Positions 44,699 to 54,306 of a stretch of DNA of 64,000 nucleotides are shown here, piece by piece; positions within the stretch are counted from its first letter, which is position 1, and each line of letters begins with the position of its first letter. Made by a program: the position numbers and the translations under genes. The stretch is taken from the NCBI GenBank assembly GCA_964435795.1, contig CAYTAT010000002.1, positions 143,898 through 207,897 of the forward strand, read 5' to 3'. Under the pieces are notes generated by a model that worked only from the letters and a program-made list of their open reading frames with translations, was not told the origin of the DNA and did not search any database. Source of the stretch: an uncultured Spirochaetaceae bacterium (GTDB taxonomy: Bacteria > Myxococcota_A > UBA9160 > UBA4427).

Positions 44699-45484
44699 AT
44701 GAAATTCGGAGTCATCGAAACGCTCGATGCGGGCCCGGCCCGGGGTCCCGGAGACCGTCTGCGCCGGCTGGCTCGCGCCGAGGAACAGGGCTACCGGGCC
44801 GCCTGGATTCGCGCGGCTGGGGATTCGACCCGGGCCTCGGATGCCGGGCGCTCCCTCTTTGCAGCATCCTGGCTCGCCGCCCGCACGGAATCGATTTCCG
44901 TCGGACTCTGGGCCCCCCTGCCCCCCGACCTCCACCCCCTGCGCCTGGCCGAGGATCTCGCGGTCCTCGACCTGCTCTCCGGGGGACGCCTCGAGTGGGC
45001 ACCCGGGGGCGAGGCTTTCTCCGAGTCCCTCGAAATCGTCTTGCGGGCCTGGTCGGGCGAGGCCTTTTCCCATGCGGGGGAGCGCTTCGAATTCCCCGAA
45101 CTCCAATGCACTCCCCGCCCGGCCCAGCGCCCCCATCCGCGGCTCTGGTTGGCCCCGGGAGTCGCGCCTCCCCCCCTCGCCCACGCGGATCATTGGGGCC
45201 GGATCGAAGAGTTCACCGCGGAGCGCGAGCGGGCGAATCCGCTCGGCGAGGAGTCGGCTTCCCATCGCCCGCGTGTCCTCGTCTACCCCGCTCTCGAGGG
45301 AGATGGACCGCAGTCGTCGCGTTGGATCGAAGAACTCGCGCAGTTGCGAAGGCGATTCGATCCCGATTGGGTACTCGTATGGCCCGGGGGCGGGCTCGCC
45401 GACGAAGAGGGGGCCGCCCGTATTCAGCAGCTTTTTGTGAGCGAAGTGGCCCCCGCCTGCCAGGGTTCCTCCATCAGCGCCTGA
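44699..45484 (+). CDS. Luciferase-like monooxygenase (LLM) family protein, short form
   Basis: MKFGVIETL..., LRLAEDLAVLDLLSGGRLEW. 261 aa from the internal ATG at 44699; the upstream part of the ORF is R/P-rich. Confidence 0.6.
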   Translation: MKFGVIETLDAGPARGPGDRLRRLARAEEQGYRAAWIRAAGDSTRASDAGRSLFAASWLAARTESISVGLWAPLPPDLHPLRLAEDLAVLDLLSGGRLEWAPGGEAFSESLEIVLRAWSGEAFSHAGERFEFPELQCTPRPAQRPHPRLWLAPGVAPPPLAHADHWGRIEEFTAERERANPLGEESASHRPRVLVYPALEGDGPQSSRWIEELAQLRRRFDPDWVLVWPGGGLADEEGAARIQQLFVSEVAPACQGSSISA

Positions 45485-46481
45485 AGGTATCGAGGATCCG
45501 ATCCAGATTCGCTCCCACCCGCTCCGGGGGGACTCCGACCTGGGGCGCGTAGAGCATGACTTCCCCGGCCAGATCCTTCCACTGCTCGAGTCTTTCCCGG
45601 GCTTCGTCCGGGGGGCAGGCGATTGCGATCTCGTCGACCAGCGCATCGGGAATGGCCTCCGCCATGGCGCGCACGTCGAAACTCGCCAGGGCCTTGCGAC
45701 AGGCATCCGCGACCTCTGGAAGACCGTGGTATTCGAGAATCGAGCGGTAGACCGAGACCGTGTAGTAGAAACCGATCTGGCCCTTGGCGTCGCGAATGGC
45801 CACGTCCCGATCTTCGTTGAGGGAGGTCAGGACGTAGGGGATGAGCTGGCAGGCCCCGGATTTGCGTCCGGCTTTTGCCTCGGCCTCGCGCAGGCCCGGC
45901 AGGGTGACTTCGCGATGCCAGCGGCGGGTCGCAATGGGGTGGCCGACCAGGCCGTCGGCCGCGTAGCCCGCGCTGTGGATCATGCCGCGATTCACTGCGG
46001 CGACCCAGAGGGGAATCGTCTCCCGGGCCACGCCGGGGCGGCTGTAGACGGGAATCGCGAGTTTCCAGAACTCGCCCTCGAAAGCGAAACCGATACCGCT
46101 GGCCGCGGCGAAGAGTTCGCGCAGGAGGACGACCAACTCCCGCATGCGCGCGGCGGGGCGCGAGAAGGGTGTGCCGAACCACTCCTCATTCATGCGTGAG
46201 GTGCCACTGCCGAGGCCGAGGATCATGCGCCCGCCCGAGAGTTCATCGAGATCCATGGCGGCGGTGGCATGGGTGAGGGGCGAGCGGACGAACGCGCTGG
46301 CGATGGCCGTTCCGATGCGGATGCGCTCGCTCGCCTGGGCCAGGGCCCCCAGGATCGGGAAGGTCTGTTGGTTGAAGAATTCACACGCATAGGCGGCGTC
46401 GAAACCGGCGGCTTCGGCGCGCAGGCCGAGTTCGACGTTGCCGCGCGCGCTGCCTCCGGTCAGTACGAGACCGAGATCCAT
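45474..46481 (-). CDS. LLM-class flavin/F420-dependent oxidoreductase
   Basis: MDLGLVL..GFDAAYACEFF.., DELSGGRMILGLGSGT. ATG at 46481 follows AGGAGG. Only the C-terminal 335 aa of the 632-aa ORF look real. Confidence 0.8.
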   Translation of the reverse strand: MDLGLVLTGGSARGNVELGLRAEAAGFDAAYACEFFNQQTFPILGALAQASERIRIGTAIASAFVRSPLTHATAAMDLDELSGGRMILGLGSGTSRMNEEWFGTPFSRPAARMRELVVLLRELFAAASGIGFAFEGEFWKLAIPVYSRPGVARETIPLWVAAVNRGMIHSAGYAADGLVGHPIATRRWHREVTLPGLREAEAKAGRKSGACQLIPYVLTSLNEDRDVAIRDAKGQIGFYYTVSVYRSILEYHGLPEVADACRKALASFDVRAMAEAIPDALVDEIAIACPPDEARERLEQWKDLAGEVMLYAPQVGVPPERVGANLDRILDTFRR

Positions 46482-46707
46482 CAGGAATCCTCCTATGAGG
46501 CCATGCGCCCCCTGGGCGATCAGTGTAGTCGTCGGGCCGACGAAAGACACGAGTTGCGGTGGGTCGCCCCGTGCGACGCGATCCGATCGGGGCCAATTTC
46601 CGGGCCGGGAACCGTACTTGACGTTGCGTGTCATTCCCATCAACATTGTCAGGTCCACGTGGGGCGATCCGAAAAGTGTCGCTCGCCGGATGCGGAGAGG
46701 AAGGGAT

Positions 46708-46845
46708 ATGCCGAGAAAGGCCGAGCGACCATGGCCCCGACCCCAGAGGCTTGTCATAGCCGGGCGCCCGGGTTCGCGTGCCGACTTCATCGGCTTGCGG
46801 TTTGCGGCACTCGCGAAGCTCTTCGCCGGGGCGGAGCGGCCATGA
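46708..46845 (+). CDS. Possible 45-aa basic small ORF coupled to the downstream gene
   Basis: GGAGAGGAAGGGAT lies directly before the ATG at 46708. Its TGA overlaps the next ATG (ATGA, 46842-46845). Third-position GC is coding-like. No homology recognised. Confidence 0.3.
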   Translation: MPRKAERPWPRPQRLVIAGRPGSRADFIGLRFAALAKLFAGAERP

Positions 46846-47375
46846 AGCGGCCGGAAGATCCGGAAGTCGCCCGCGCGGATGGTCGCTGGTGGACCCTGGG
46901 CGGGGCCGAATTGCTGGATCTGATGGCGACGGTCGAACAGTTGATGCGCCAGGGGCAGGTCGTCCACATCGGGACCGACGCCCAGAAGACCGTCAGAAGG
47001 ATGGAATTCGTTACGGTCGTCTGCGTGCTGAATCCCGGCAAGGGGGGGCGGGTTTTCTATACCCGCATCTTCGATCGCAAGGAGATGTCCCTCTTCGACA
47101 AGCTCTCGATGGAGACCTGGTTGAGCCTCGAATTGGCCCTGAAGATGAATCTCGAATTCGATCTTCCGGTCGAGAAGAAGCAGATCTGGGTTCACGTGGA
47201 TGCGAATCCCGACACCCGCTACGACTCCAGCAATTACGTCAAACAACTCGCCGGCATGGTCGCGGGGAGTGGCTTTCCCGTGCTCGTCAAGCCCGATGCC
47301 TGGTGTGCTTCCCACGTCGCCGACTTTGCGGTGAAGCATAAGCATCGGCGGATTCAACTCGCCGAGGAACACTGA
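46842..47375 (+). CDS. YkuK-like (DUF458) RNase H-fold protein
   Basis: 177 aa: HIGTDAQKTVRRMEFVTVVCVLNPGKGGRVFYTR...IWVHVDANPD...ASHVADFAVKH, resembling the YkuK family. Confidence 0.6.
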   Translation: MKRPEDPEVARADGRWWTLGGAELLDLMATVEQLMRQGQVVHIGTDAQKTVRRMEFVTVVCVLNPGKGGRVFYTRIFDRKEMSLFDKLSMETWLSLELALKMNLEFDLPVEKKQIWVHVDANPDTRYDSSNYVKQLAGMVAGSGFPVLVKPDAWCASHVADFAVKHKHRRIQLAEEH

Positions 47376-47384
47376 AGCGGCTCG

Positions 47385-49811
47385 TCAGCCCCGGCGAAGT
47401 TCTGCGCCGACTTCGGCGAGCAGTTTTTCGAATCGCTTCAGGAATTTCTGTTCGTCCTTCTCGGTCAGGGTCTTCTTCCCGGACTGAAGCAGGACGTGGT
47501 AGGCGAGGGATTTGCGTCCCGGGCCGACGCTCTCGCCCCGATAGACATCGAAGATTTCGATATCGGCGACATCGGATCGTCCCGCCCGGGCGATGGCCGC
47601 TTCGACGCTCGCGGACGGGGTCTCGTCCGGGACGGATACCGCCACATCGAGTTTGATTCCGGGATAGCGGGGCAGGGGGCGGTAGCGGGAGCCGCGACGG
47701 GGGGCTTCGAGCAGCGCATCCAGGGAAATTTCCGCCGCGGCCACTTCGCTGGCCAGATCTCCGCTGAGCCCGAGATCCGCGGTCAGGCCCGGATCGAGTT
47801 CGGCGACCAGGCCCAGGCGGGCTCCGCCGTCTGCCAGGCGCGCCTCCAGGGTCTTCGCGGGATGCGCCCAGGACGGGGGAGCGTCGCAGGGTTCCCATCG
47901 GATGGGGGCGATCTCCAGGGAATCGATGAGGTCGGTCACGGCCCCATGCAATTGGTTGAAGATATGGGCATCGAAGCGGGTTCCGGAAGCCGGGGGCAGC
48001 GAGGCCCAGACGAGGCCCGCGAGGTGTCGCTCGAGGGGTTCGCCCGCCGCATTGGCGGCTTCGGGATGATATCCCTTGCCGATTTCAAAGAGGCGCACGT
48101 CCTCGCGTATGCGCCGGCCGGCTTCGAGGCCCGCCAGCAGGCTGGGGATCAGCCCGCGCCTGACCCGCTCCTCTCCCTGGGCGACCGGATTCGCGATGGC
48201 CACATGGGGCAGATCCAGCATCCCCAATTTCTTCAGCAGCGCATCGCCGATGAACGAATAGGAGAGGGTCTCGTGGAATCCGCCGGCGCCGGCCAGGCGG
48301 TCCTGGATTTTGCGCACCAGGATGCGCCGGGGATCGGCGGCGGGCGGCGCGACCACCGCGTGCATACTCTTCTCTTCGATCTCCCCGTAGCGGTGGATTC
48401 GTCCCACCTCTTCGATGAGGTCGCATTCCTCGCCGATATCCTTGGTGGCTCGGGCGGAGGGGACCGAGATCTCGAAGCCATCCGCGAGGCTGGAGACTCC
48501 GAATCCCAGGCGCGTCAGGATCGATGCGATCTCCGAATCCGGGATTTCCTTGCCGAGGGCTCGCCTCACGCGATCCCCGCGCAAGTTCAGCTTCCGGGCG
48601 GGATCCGACCAGTCTCCGACATCGGTCGGGGGCGCGGGGAAGCGCACCTGGGGCTGCATCTCGGCCAGCAGTCGCGCGAAGTGCGCGCCCGCCCGGGCGG
48701 GTAGGGTCGGGTCCAGACTCTTTTCGAAACGAGCCGAGGAATCCGTTCGCAATCCGAGGCGTGCCGAGGTGCGCCGGACGATGACCGGATCGAAGGTGGC
48801 GATTTCGAGCAGCAGGGAACTCGTATCGTCACCTACCTTGCTCTCTTCGCCCCCGATGATTCCCGCCAGCGCCACGGATTCGCCGCCGGAGCAGATCAGG
48901 AGGTCGCTCGTCTTCAGCAGTCTCTCTTCCCCGTCGAGGGTCTGCAGCACTTCGTCTTCCCGCGCCATGCGGACCTCGACGCCGTCGGGGTGTAGCCGTT
49001 GGCGGTCGAAGGTGTGGTTGGGTTGACCGAGGTCGAGCATCACGAAATTCGAGAGATCGACCAGACAATCGATCGGGCGCTGTCCGACGGCCAATAGCAG
49101 GAAACGCATCCAATCCGGGGCGGGAAGGGCCCGGGCGCCATCGATCTGCAGCCCGATATAGCGCGAGCAGGCCGGGGTTTCGATGCGAATCGGATAGGCG
49201 TCTCCAGTCCCGAATTCCGGCCAGTCGAAGACCATCTCCTCGAGGGGGCGGTCGTAGATGGCCGAAATCTCTCCGGCGATTCCCCGATGTCCCCAGAGAT
49301 CGGGTCGGTGGGTCAGGGATTTATTGTCGATTTCGATGACCCAATCGTCGATCCCCAATGCCTCGGCCACGGGAAGTCCCGTTTCGGCTTCGTCGGGCAG
49401 GACCCAGATGCCATCGTGTTCGTCGCCGAGTTCGAGTTCGCGCACCGAGCAGATCATGCCGCGGCTCTCGACGCCGCGAATCTTGGACTTCTTGATCTTG
49501 AAATCGCCCGGCAGCACGCAGCCGACCTCGGCGACGGCGACCTTCTGGCCGGCCGCCACATTCGGCGCGCCGCAGACGATCTGCAGCCGCTCCTCGGATG
49601 CGAGATCGACGCTGCAAACGCTCAATTTATCGGCGTCGGGATGGGGGCCGCATTCCACGACGTGGCCTACGCGGACGTCGCTGAGTTGCGGTGCGAATTT
49701 TTCGAGTCCCTCCACCTCGGCGGTCGAGAGGGTGAGATCCTCGCAGAGTTGCTCGGGAGAAATCCCCTCGAGATCGACGTGACGGCCGAGCCAGCGATAG
49801 GATACGTACAT
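47385..49811 (-). CDS. pheT: Phenylalanine--tRNA ligase beta subunit
   Basis: 808 aa. N-terminal tRNA-binding domain (MYVSYRWLGRHV...CGAPNVAAGQKVAVA), B3/4 and B5 regions, and C-terminal FDX-ACB (IEIFDVYRGESVGPGRKSLAYHV). Confidence 0.95.
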   Translation of the reverse strand: MYVSYRWLGRHVDLEGISPEQLCEDLTLSTAEVEGLEKFAPQLSDVRVGHVVECGPHPDADKLSVCSVDLASEERLQIVCGAPNVAAGQKVAVAEVGCVLPGDFKIKKSKIRGVESRGMICSVRELELGDEHDGIWVLPDEAETGLPVAEALGIDDWVIEIDNKSLTHRPDLWGHRGIAGEISAIYDRPLEEMVFDWPEFGTGDAYPIRIETPACSRYIGLQIDGARALPAPDWMRFLLLAVGQRPIDCLVDLSNFVMLDLGQPNHTFDRQRLHPDGVEVRMAREDEVLQTLDGEERLLKTSDLLICSGGESVALAGIIGGEESKVGDDTSSLLLEIATFDPVIVRRTSARLGLRTDSSARFEKSLDPTLPARAGAHFARLLAEMQPQVRFPAPPTDVGDWSDPARKLNLRGDRVRRALGKEIPDSEIASILTRLGFGVSSLADGFEISVPSARATKDIGEECDLIEEVGRIHRYGEIEEKSMHAVVAPPAADPRRILVRKIQDRLAGAGGFHETLSYSFIGDALLKKLGMLDLPHVAIANPVAQGEERVRRGLIPSLLAGLEAGRRIREDVRLFEIGKGYHPEAANAAGEPLERHLAGLVWASLPPASGTRFDAHIFNQLHGAVTDLIDSLEIAPIRWEPCDAPPSWAHPAKTLEARLADGGARLGLVAELDPGLTADLGLSGDLASEVAAAEISLDALLEAPRRGSRYRPLPRYPGIKLDVAVSVPDETPSASVEAAIARAGRSDVADIEIFDVYRGESVGPGRKSLAYHVLLQSGKKTLTEKDEQKFLKRFEKLLAEVGAELRRG

Positions 49812-50830
49812 CAGAACTGCTCCAGGAAGCGCACGTCTCCGGCGAGAAGATGGCGCACGTCATCGATGCCGTGGCGCAGCATCACGAGGCGGGAGAGGCC
49901 GAGTCCGAAGGCGAAGCCCGACCATTCGTCGGGATCGATTCCCCCGGCCCGCAATACGTTGGGATGCACCAGGCCGCAGGGCAGGAGTTCGATCCAGCGC
50001 GTCCTCTTGCAGACCCGGCAACCCTGCTCGCAGAAGGGGCAGCGCGCGTCGAGTTCGAAGCCCGGCTCGACGAAGGGGAAGAATCCCGGCCGCAGTCTTA
50101 CCTCGAGATCGCGGCCGAAGATGCCCTGGAGCAGGGTCTTCATCGCTCCGATGAGGTGGGCCACGGAGATGTCGCGGTCGACCACCAATCCCTCCATCTG
50201 GTGGAAGGTATGGTCATGGCTGGCATCCGTGGATTCGTGGCGGAAACATTTCCCGGGTACGACGATCCGGAAGGGCGGTTCGAATTTTTCCATTGCCCGG
50301 ACCTGCACGGGGGAGGTATGGGTGCGCATGACGAGGTGGCCCGTGCCCTCGCAGAAAAAAGTATCGTGGCTATCCCTCGCGGGATGGTCGGCGGGAATGT
50401 TCAGGGCTTCGAAATTATAGTGATCGGTCTCGATTTCGGGTCCATCAAGGACCTGATAACCCATGGATTGAAAGAGATCTTCGAGTTCTCGCGTGACCTG
50501 GGTGACGGGGTGGAGGGAACCCCGCTGCAGACGGGGAGGGGGCAGACTCGCATCGAAGCCCTGCCCGCGGCGTTCGGATTCGATGTGGGCGTTGGAGAGG
50601 TCGCGCCGACGCGACTCGAGGGATTCCTGAACCGCCTGCTTGAGTTCATTGGCGCGTTTGCCCACCTGGGGTCGTTCTTCGGGGGAGGCCTTGGAGATCG
50701 AAGCCAGCAGTTGTGCGACCAGGCCCCCCTTGCCCAGGTATTCGCGCTCGACCTCCTTCAGCGCCTCGAGGTCCGCGCAGGCGCGAATTCGCTCCTGGGC
50801 CTCTGCGTGGGTCGTGGCGTGATCGGACAA
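49811..50830 (-). CDS. pheS: Phenylalanine--tRNA ligase alpha subunit
   Basis: HPVTQV, ADHPARDSHDTFF, PGKCFRHES, FPFVEPGFELD, GFAFGLGLSRLVML. TTG start at 50830 follows AGGAG. Its stop overlaps the pheT start (TGATG). Confidence 0.9.
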   Translation of the reverse strand: MSDHATTHAEAQERIRACADLEALKEVEREYLGKGGLVAQLLASISKASPEERPQVGKRANELKQAVQESLESRRRDLSNAHIESERRGQGFDASLPPPRLQRGSLHPVTQVTRELEDLFQSMGYQVLDGPEIETDHYNFEALNIPADHPARDSHDTFFCEGTGHLVMRTHTSPVQVRAMEKFEPPFRIVVPGKCFRHESTDASHDHTFHQMEGLVVDRDISVAHLIGAMKTLLQGIFGRDLEVRLRPGFFPFVEPGFELDARCPFCEQGCRVCKRTRWIELLPCGLVHPNVLRAGGIDPDEWSGFAFGLGLSRLVMLRHGIDDVRHLLAGDVRFLEQF

Positions 50831-50990
50831 GGGAATCTCCTGCTGCGATTGCACGCGGGCAGCCCGCGCCGGGCCGGATCTTAACGAATCGAGGGGTCCG
50901 CAGCCCAGCAGCGGGATGTTTCCAGGCACGCAGCGACGTCGGGAGCCCTATCTGCCGTCGCTTCCGGGCCCGGCTGCGCGCCGGATCGGC

Positions 50991-51728
50991 TCATGGCGCC
51001 GGGTTTTCCTTGAGTTTCGAGAGTTCGCGCCGGACGCGGTCGTTGGTCCGGGTCGCTTCTTCGAGCAGGGCGTCGAGGTCGGCCGCTTTCGGGTCGGCCT
51101 CGTCTCGCCGCCTCCGCCCCTTCTTCCTCTTGCGGCGCGGTTTCTCCGGCGACCCCGCGGCCTCTGCTCTCGCTTTGGATCTTTGCCCCCGGGCCGTACG
51201 GGAATTCGCCTCGACTTCGGGCGCCCCGGCCTCGCATCGGTCTGTCGAGTTTTCCCGGGTGCAGCTTTCCCGCCCGGGCGCCACTTCTCTTTTCGCTCTT
51301 TCCCGCGCCTCGCGGGTCGTCTTTTGCTTATGGCAGGGTGTGCAGAGGGTCTGGAGGTTCTCGATCTCGTGGCCACCGCCATCGATCAGGGGGACGATAT
51401 GATCGAGTTCCCAGAGGGAGCGGCGGGGCACGAAGCCCCGTTCGCGAAGCCGCTGCGCCGATCCCCGTCCGCGCAGCTCGCGCTTCAGCGCGCGGGTGTC
51501 GAGGTGGCATTCGGCGCAGATGCAGCGGTCGCGTTTTCGCACCAGGCGCCGCGCTTCCCGGGGATCGCTGCGGTTGTAGATCTCGACGCAACGCTCGTGC
51601 CAGCGCCGCCGTCGATTCACTTCCCCCTTTTGCGCTCCACTCCGGTGGAGAATCTCCTCGCCGCACCAGCGGCATCGGCCCCGAGGAGCGTCGCTGAAGG
51701 CGATCGTCGGTCTTCGGTGCTCGCTCAT
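50991..51728 (-). CDS. HNH endonuclease with Lys/Arg-rich C-terminal tail
   Basis: CRWCGE..., CAECH..., WELDHIVPLIDGGGHEIENLQTLCTPCHKQKT (HNH core), then PEKPRRKRKKGRRRRDE. Confidence 0.8.
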   Translation of the reverse strand: MSEHRRPTIAFSDAPRGRCRWCGEEILHRSGAQKGEVNRRRRWHERCVEIYNRSDPREARRLVRKRDRCICAECHLDTRALKRELRGRGSAQRLRERGFVPRRSLWELDHIVPLIDGGGHEIENLQTLCTPCHKQKTTREARERAKREVAPGRESCTRENSTDRCEAGAPEVEANSRTARGQRSKARAEAAGSPEKPRRKRKKGRRRRDEADPKAADLDALLEEATRTNDRVRRELSKLKENPAP

Positions 51729-51945
51729 GCTCGCACCTCATGAGTCGCATCCCGGGGCCGATCCAAGTCCGAGCGGGATCGACCCGAACGATGAAGCTCG
51801 CGTTCGTCTGCGCGCAGCAGGGCCAGGCCCATGCTTCCCCATTCCCCCCGCAAGCAGTCTATCGGCCCCCACGGGCCGCGCAAATGCATGGCTTCGAGTC
51901 TGGGATTCGCGCCGGAATTCGCGAGAGAAGCGGCTCTTCCGCGTC

Positions 51946-53178
51946 TCAGGCTGGCTTCGGCGCGTCCACGTCCCGCAGGCCCATGGCCAGCAGGGCACCG
52001 ATTGCGAAGAGAGCGCCCGCCAGATAGAAGGGTGCGCCCAGCGTGAAATCGTAGAGCAGGCCGGCGACCACGGGCCCGAGGATCCGCGCCAATGCGGCAC
52101 TGGATTGGAAGACTCCGAGCAGAGCTCCACGATCCGAAGCGTCGCCCCGCATCGAGACCATGCTGCTCATCGGGGGCTGTGTGATCGCGCGGCCGATGGC
52201 GGCGATCGCGAGGGGCAGAAGCAACCATCCCACCCCGGATGCGAGGGGCAGGGTGGGGAAGGCCAGGGCCATCAGGAAGAGTCCGCTGAGCAATAGCTTC
52301 CTTTCGCCCGCACGGGCGGCCAGGGTTCGCATGGCTCCACCCTGGATGCTCGCCATCAGCACCGCCATGGCGACGAGGATGAAGGCCACCTGGCGCACGT
52401 CATAGCCGAAACGATCGTTCATCATGTAGAAGAAAGTGGATTCCAGCTGGGCTACGCCGAGCGTGAAGATCGAGTTCATGGCGCAGAGGCGAAAGGTCAC
52501 GGGATCGCTCAGGGCCCTGGAAAAGGCGCCGCGTTCGACGATCCGATTTTCGTGCTCCGGGCTCTCCTTCAGGGCGAAAGCCGCCCAGACGAAGTTTCCC
52601 GCCCCCATCGCGGCGGCGACGAACATGGGCAGACCGTGGCCGTAGGGGGCCAGGAATCCACCCAGGGCGGGGCCCAGGGCGAAGCCCACCCCGAAGGAGG
52701 CTCCCACCATGCCCATCCAGCGGGTGCGTTCGGATTCTTTGGTGCTGTCGGCCAGGTATGCGGTCGCCACACTGATGTTGGCGCTGAAGAGTCCCGAGAG
52801 AATGCGGGCGATGAAGAGCCCCGTGATATCGTCGGCCAGGCCCAGCAATAGCAGCGACGCGGAGGTTCCCGCGATCGTGATGAGCATCACGGGGCGTCGT
52901 CCGATGCGATCCGAGAGGCGACCCCAGAGCGGGGAAAAAAGGAATTGCAGCGCCGCGTGAGTCGCCAGCAGAAGACCGAGTGTGCTGGCGGAGGCCTCGA
53001 ATTGCTTGGCGTAGGCCGGCAGGATCGGAATCACGATTCCAAAACCGATCAGGTCGAGGATAATGACGCTGAAGAGGATCGGGAGTGTGGACGGAGGCCG
53101 TTTCTTCACGGGCTCCTGCGAGAAGCGCGTTGCATCCGGATTTCCGTCTTTGGGGGTCGCTTGGTCAGGCGGTGCCAT
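51946..53178 (-). CDS. MFS transporter (12-TM, Tet/drug-H+ antiporter-like)
   Basis: Motif A GRLSDRIGRRPV; hydrophobic throughout. Its start overlaps the upstream ACAD stop by 14 nt. Confidence 0.85.
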   Translation of the reverse strand: MAPPDQATPKDGNPDATRFSQEPVKKRPPSTLPILFSVIILDLIGFGIVIPILPAYAKQFEASASTLGLLLATHAALQFLFSPLWGRLSDRIGRRPVMLITIAGTSASLLLLGLADDITGLFIARILSGLFSANISVATAYLADSTKESERTRWMGMVGASFGVGFALGPALGGFLAPYGHGLPMFVAAAMGAGNFVWAAFALKESPEHENRIVERGAFSRALSDPVTFRLCAMNSIFTLGVAQLESTFFYMMNDRFGYDVRQVAFILVAMAVLMASIQGGAMRTLAARAGERKLLLSGLFLMALAFPTLPLASGVGWLLLPLAIAAIGRAITQPPMSSMVSMRGDASDRGALLGVFQSSAALARILGPVVAGLLYDFTLGAPFYLAGALFAIGALLAMGLRDVDAPKPA

Positions 53179-54289
53179 CTGCCAACATCTTGCCCAGGGT
53201 TCTCAACTGGAAGCTGGAGCCTCCGAGACTGAGCTCCAATTGCTTGGCGTATAGGAAATAGCGGTGCAGCGGGTAGTCGCGATCGACCCCCATGCCGCCG
53301 TGCAGATGCGCCGCTGTATGAACTACGCGCTGGCCCGCAGCGGCGGCCCAATACTTCGCGACCGCGACGGTTTCCGCCGCGGGGAGTCCGGCACCGATTC
53401 GCCAGCAGGCCTGCCAACTCGTCAGACGAATCGCCTCGGTGTCCACGTAGGCGTCGGCCTGGCGTTGGCCGACGGCTTGAAAAGTCGCGATGGGTTGCGT
53501 GAATTGTTTGCGTTCCTTCGTGTAGTCGGCCGTGAGGCGCAGGGCCTCCTCGCAGACTCCGAGGGCCATGACGCAGAGGGCCGCGGTCGCCCGTTCCCGC
53601 AGCCAGGCGAGCATCTCGCTCCCCGACTGCGAGGCTCCGAGCCGATCTCCCTCGGCAATGCTCACGTCCACCAGTTCGAGACTCGCCTCGGGCTGGCCGC
53701 TGGTGGTGCGCAGGGGCTGCAACTTCACGCCCTCGGCTTGTGGATCCAGCAGGAATAAGCCGATCCCATCCTCCTCGAGGGTCGCCGCCAGCAGGATGCG
53801 ATCGGCGATCGATCCGGCGGGCACGCAGGTCTTCCGCCCGTTGAGGCGATAGCCCCCGTCTCGCTTTTCGGCGCGGGTCGCGGGTCGTTCGGGATCGCCT
53901 CGATCCTCGATCAGGGCGGCGGTCAGCACCACTTCCCCCTCGACCACGCGGGGAAGCCAACTCGCCTTCTGCTCCTCGCTGCCGAATTGCGCGATGGGCA
54001 GCGCCCCGAGGACGGTGGTTTCGAGCAGGGGAACGGCTGCCGTTCGGCGGCCGGCCTCTTCCAGGATCAGGGCGAGTTCGAAGAATCCCTGTTCCGAGCC
54101 GCCGTAGACCTCCGGAATTGCAATGCCCAGCAGCCCCGCCCGGCTGAGTTCCGCCCATAACGCGCGATCGAATCGCGGCCCGGGCTTGTTCTCGATCTCG
54201 CGCAATTTTTCATGGCTGGCGCCGTCGGCCAGGATACGGGCCGCGAGGCCCGCGAAGGCGAGTTGATCCTCGGAGATGACAAAGTCCAT
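53165..54289 (-). CDS. Acyl-CoA dehydrogenase family protein (second of an adjacent pair)
   Basis: 374 aa with ACAD N/M/C layout (GLLGIAIPEVYGGSE.., AAHLHGGMGVDRDYPLHRYFLYAK). Confidence 0.85.
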   Translation of the reverse strand: MDFVISEDQLAFAGLAARILADGASHEKLREIENKPGPRFDRALWAELSRAGLLGIAIPEVYGGSEQGFFELALILEEAGRRTAAVPLLETTVLGALPIAQFGSEEQKASWLPRVVEGEVVLTAALIEDRGDPERPATRAEKRDGGYRLNGRKTCVPAGSIADRILLAATLEEDGIGLFLLDPQAEGVKLQPLRTTSGQPEASLELVDVSIAEGDRLGASQSGSEMLAWLRERATAALCVMALGVCEEALRLTADYTKERKQFTQPIATFQAVGQRQADAYVDTEAIRLTSWQACWRIGAGLPAAETVAVAKYWAAAAGQRVVHTAAHLHGGMGVDRDYPLHRYFLYAKQLELSLGGSSFQLRTLGKMLADGTA

Positions 54290-54306
54290 TATCTACCCTC
54301 GAATTT

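Noticed and set aside
46482-47372. N-terminal 297 aa or so of the 632-aa minus-strand ORF
   Set aside because: It lies upstream of a strong AGGAGG-ATG start for the LLM domain and antisense to the YkuK-like gene. No motifs are present.
50991-51728. HNH gene as part of a mobile element or homing endonuclease
   Set aside because: There are no flanking repeats, integrase, intron/intein context or compositional shift. It is called only as a stand-alone HNH protein.
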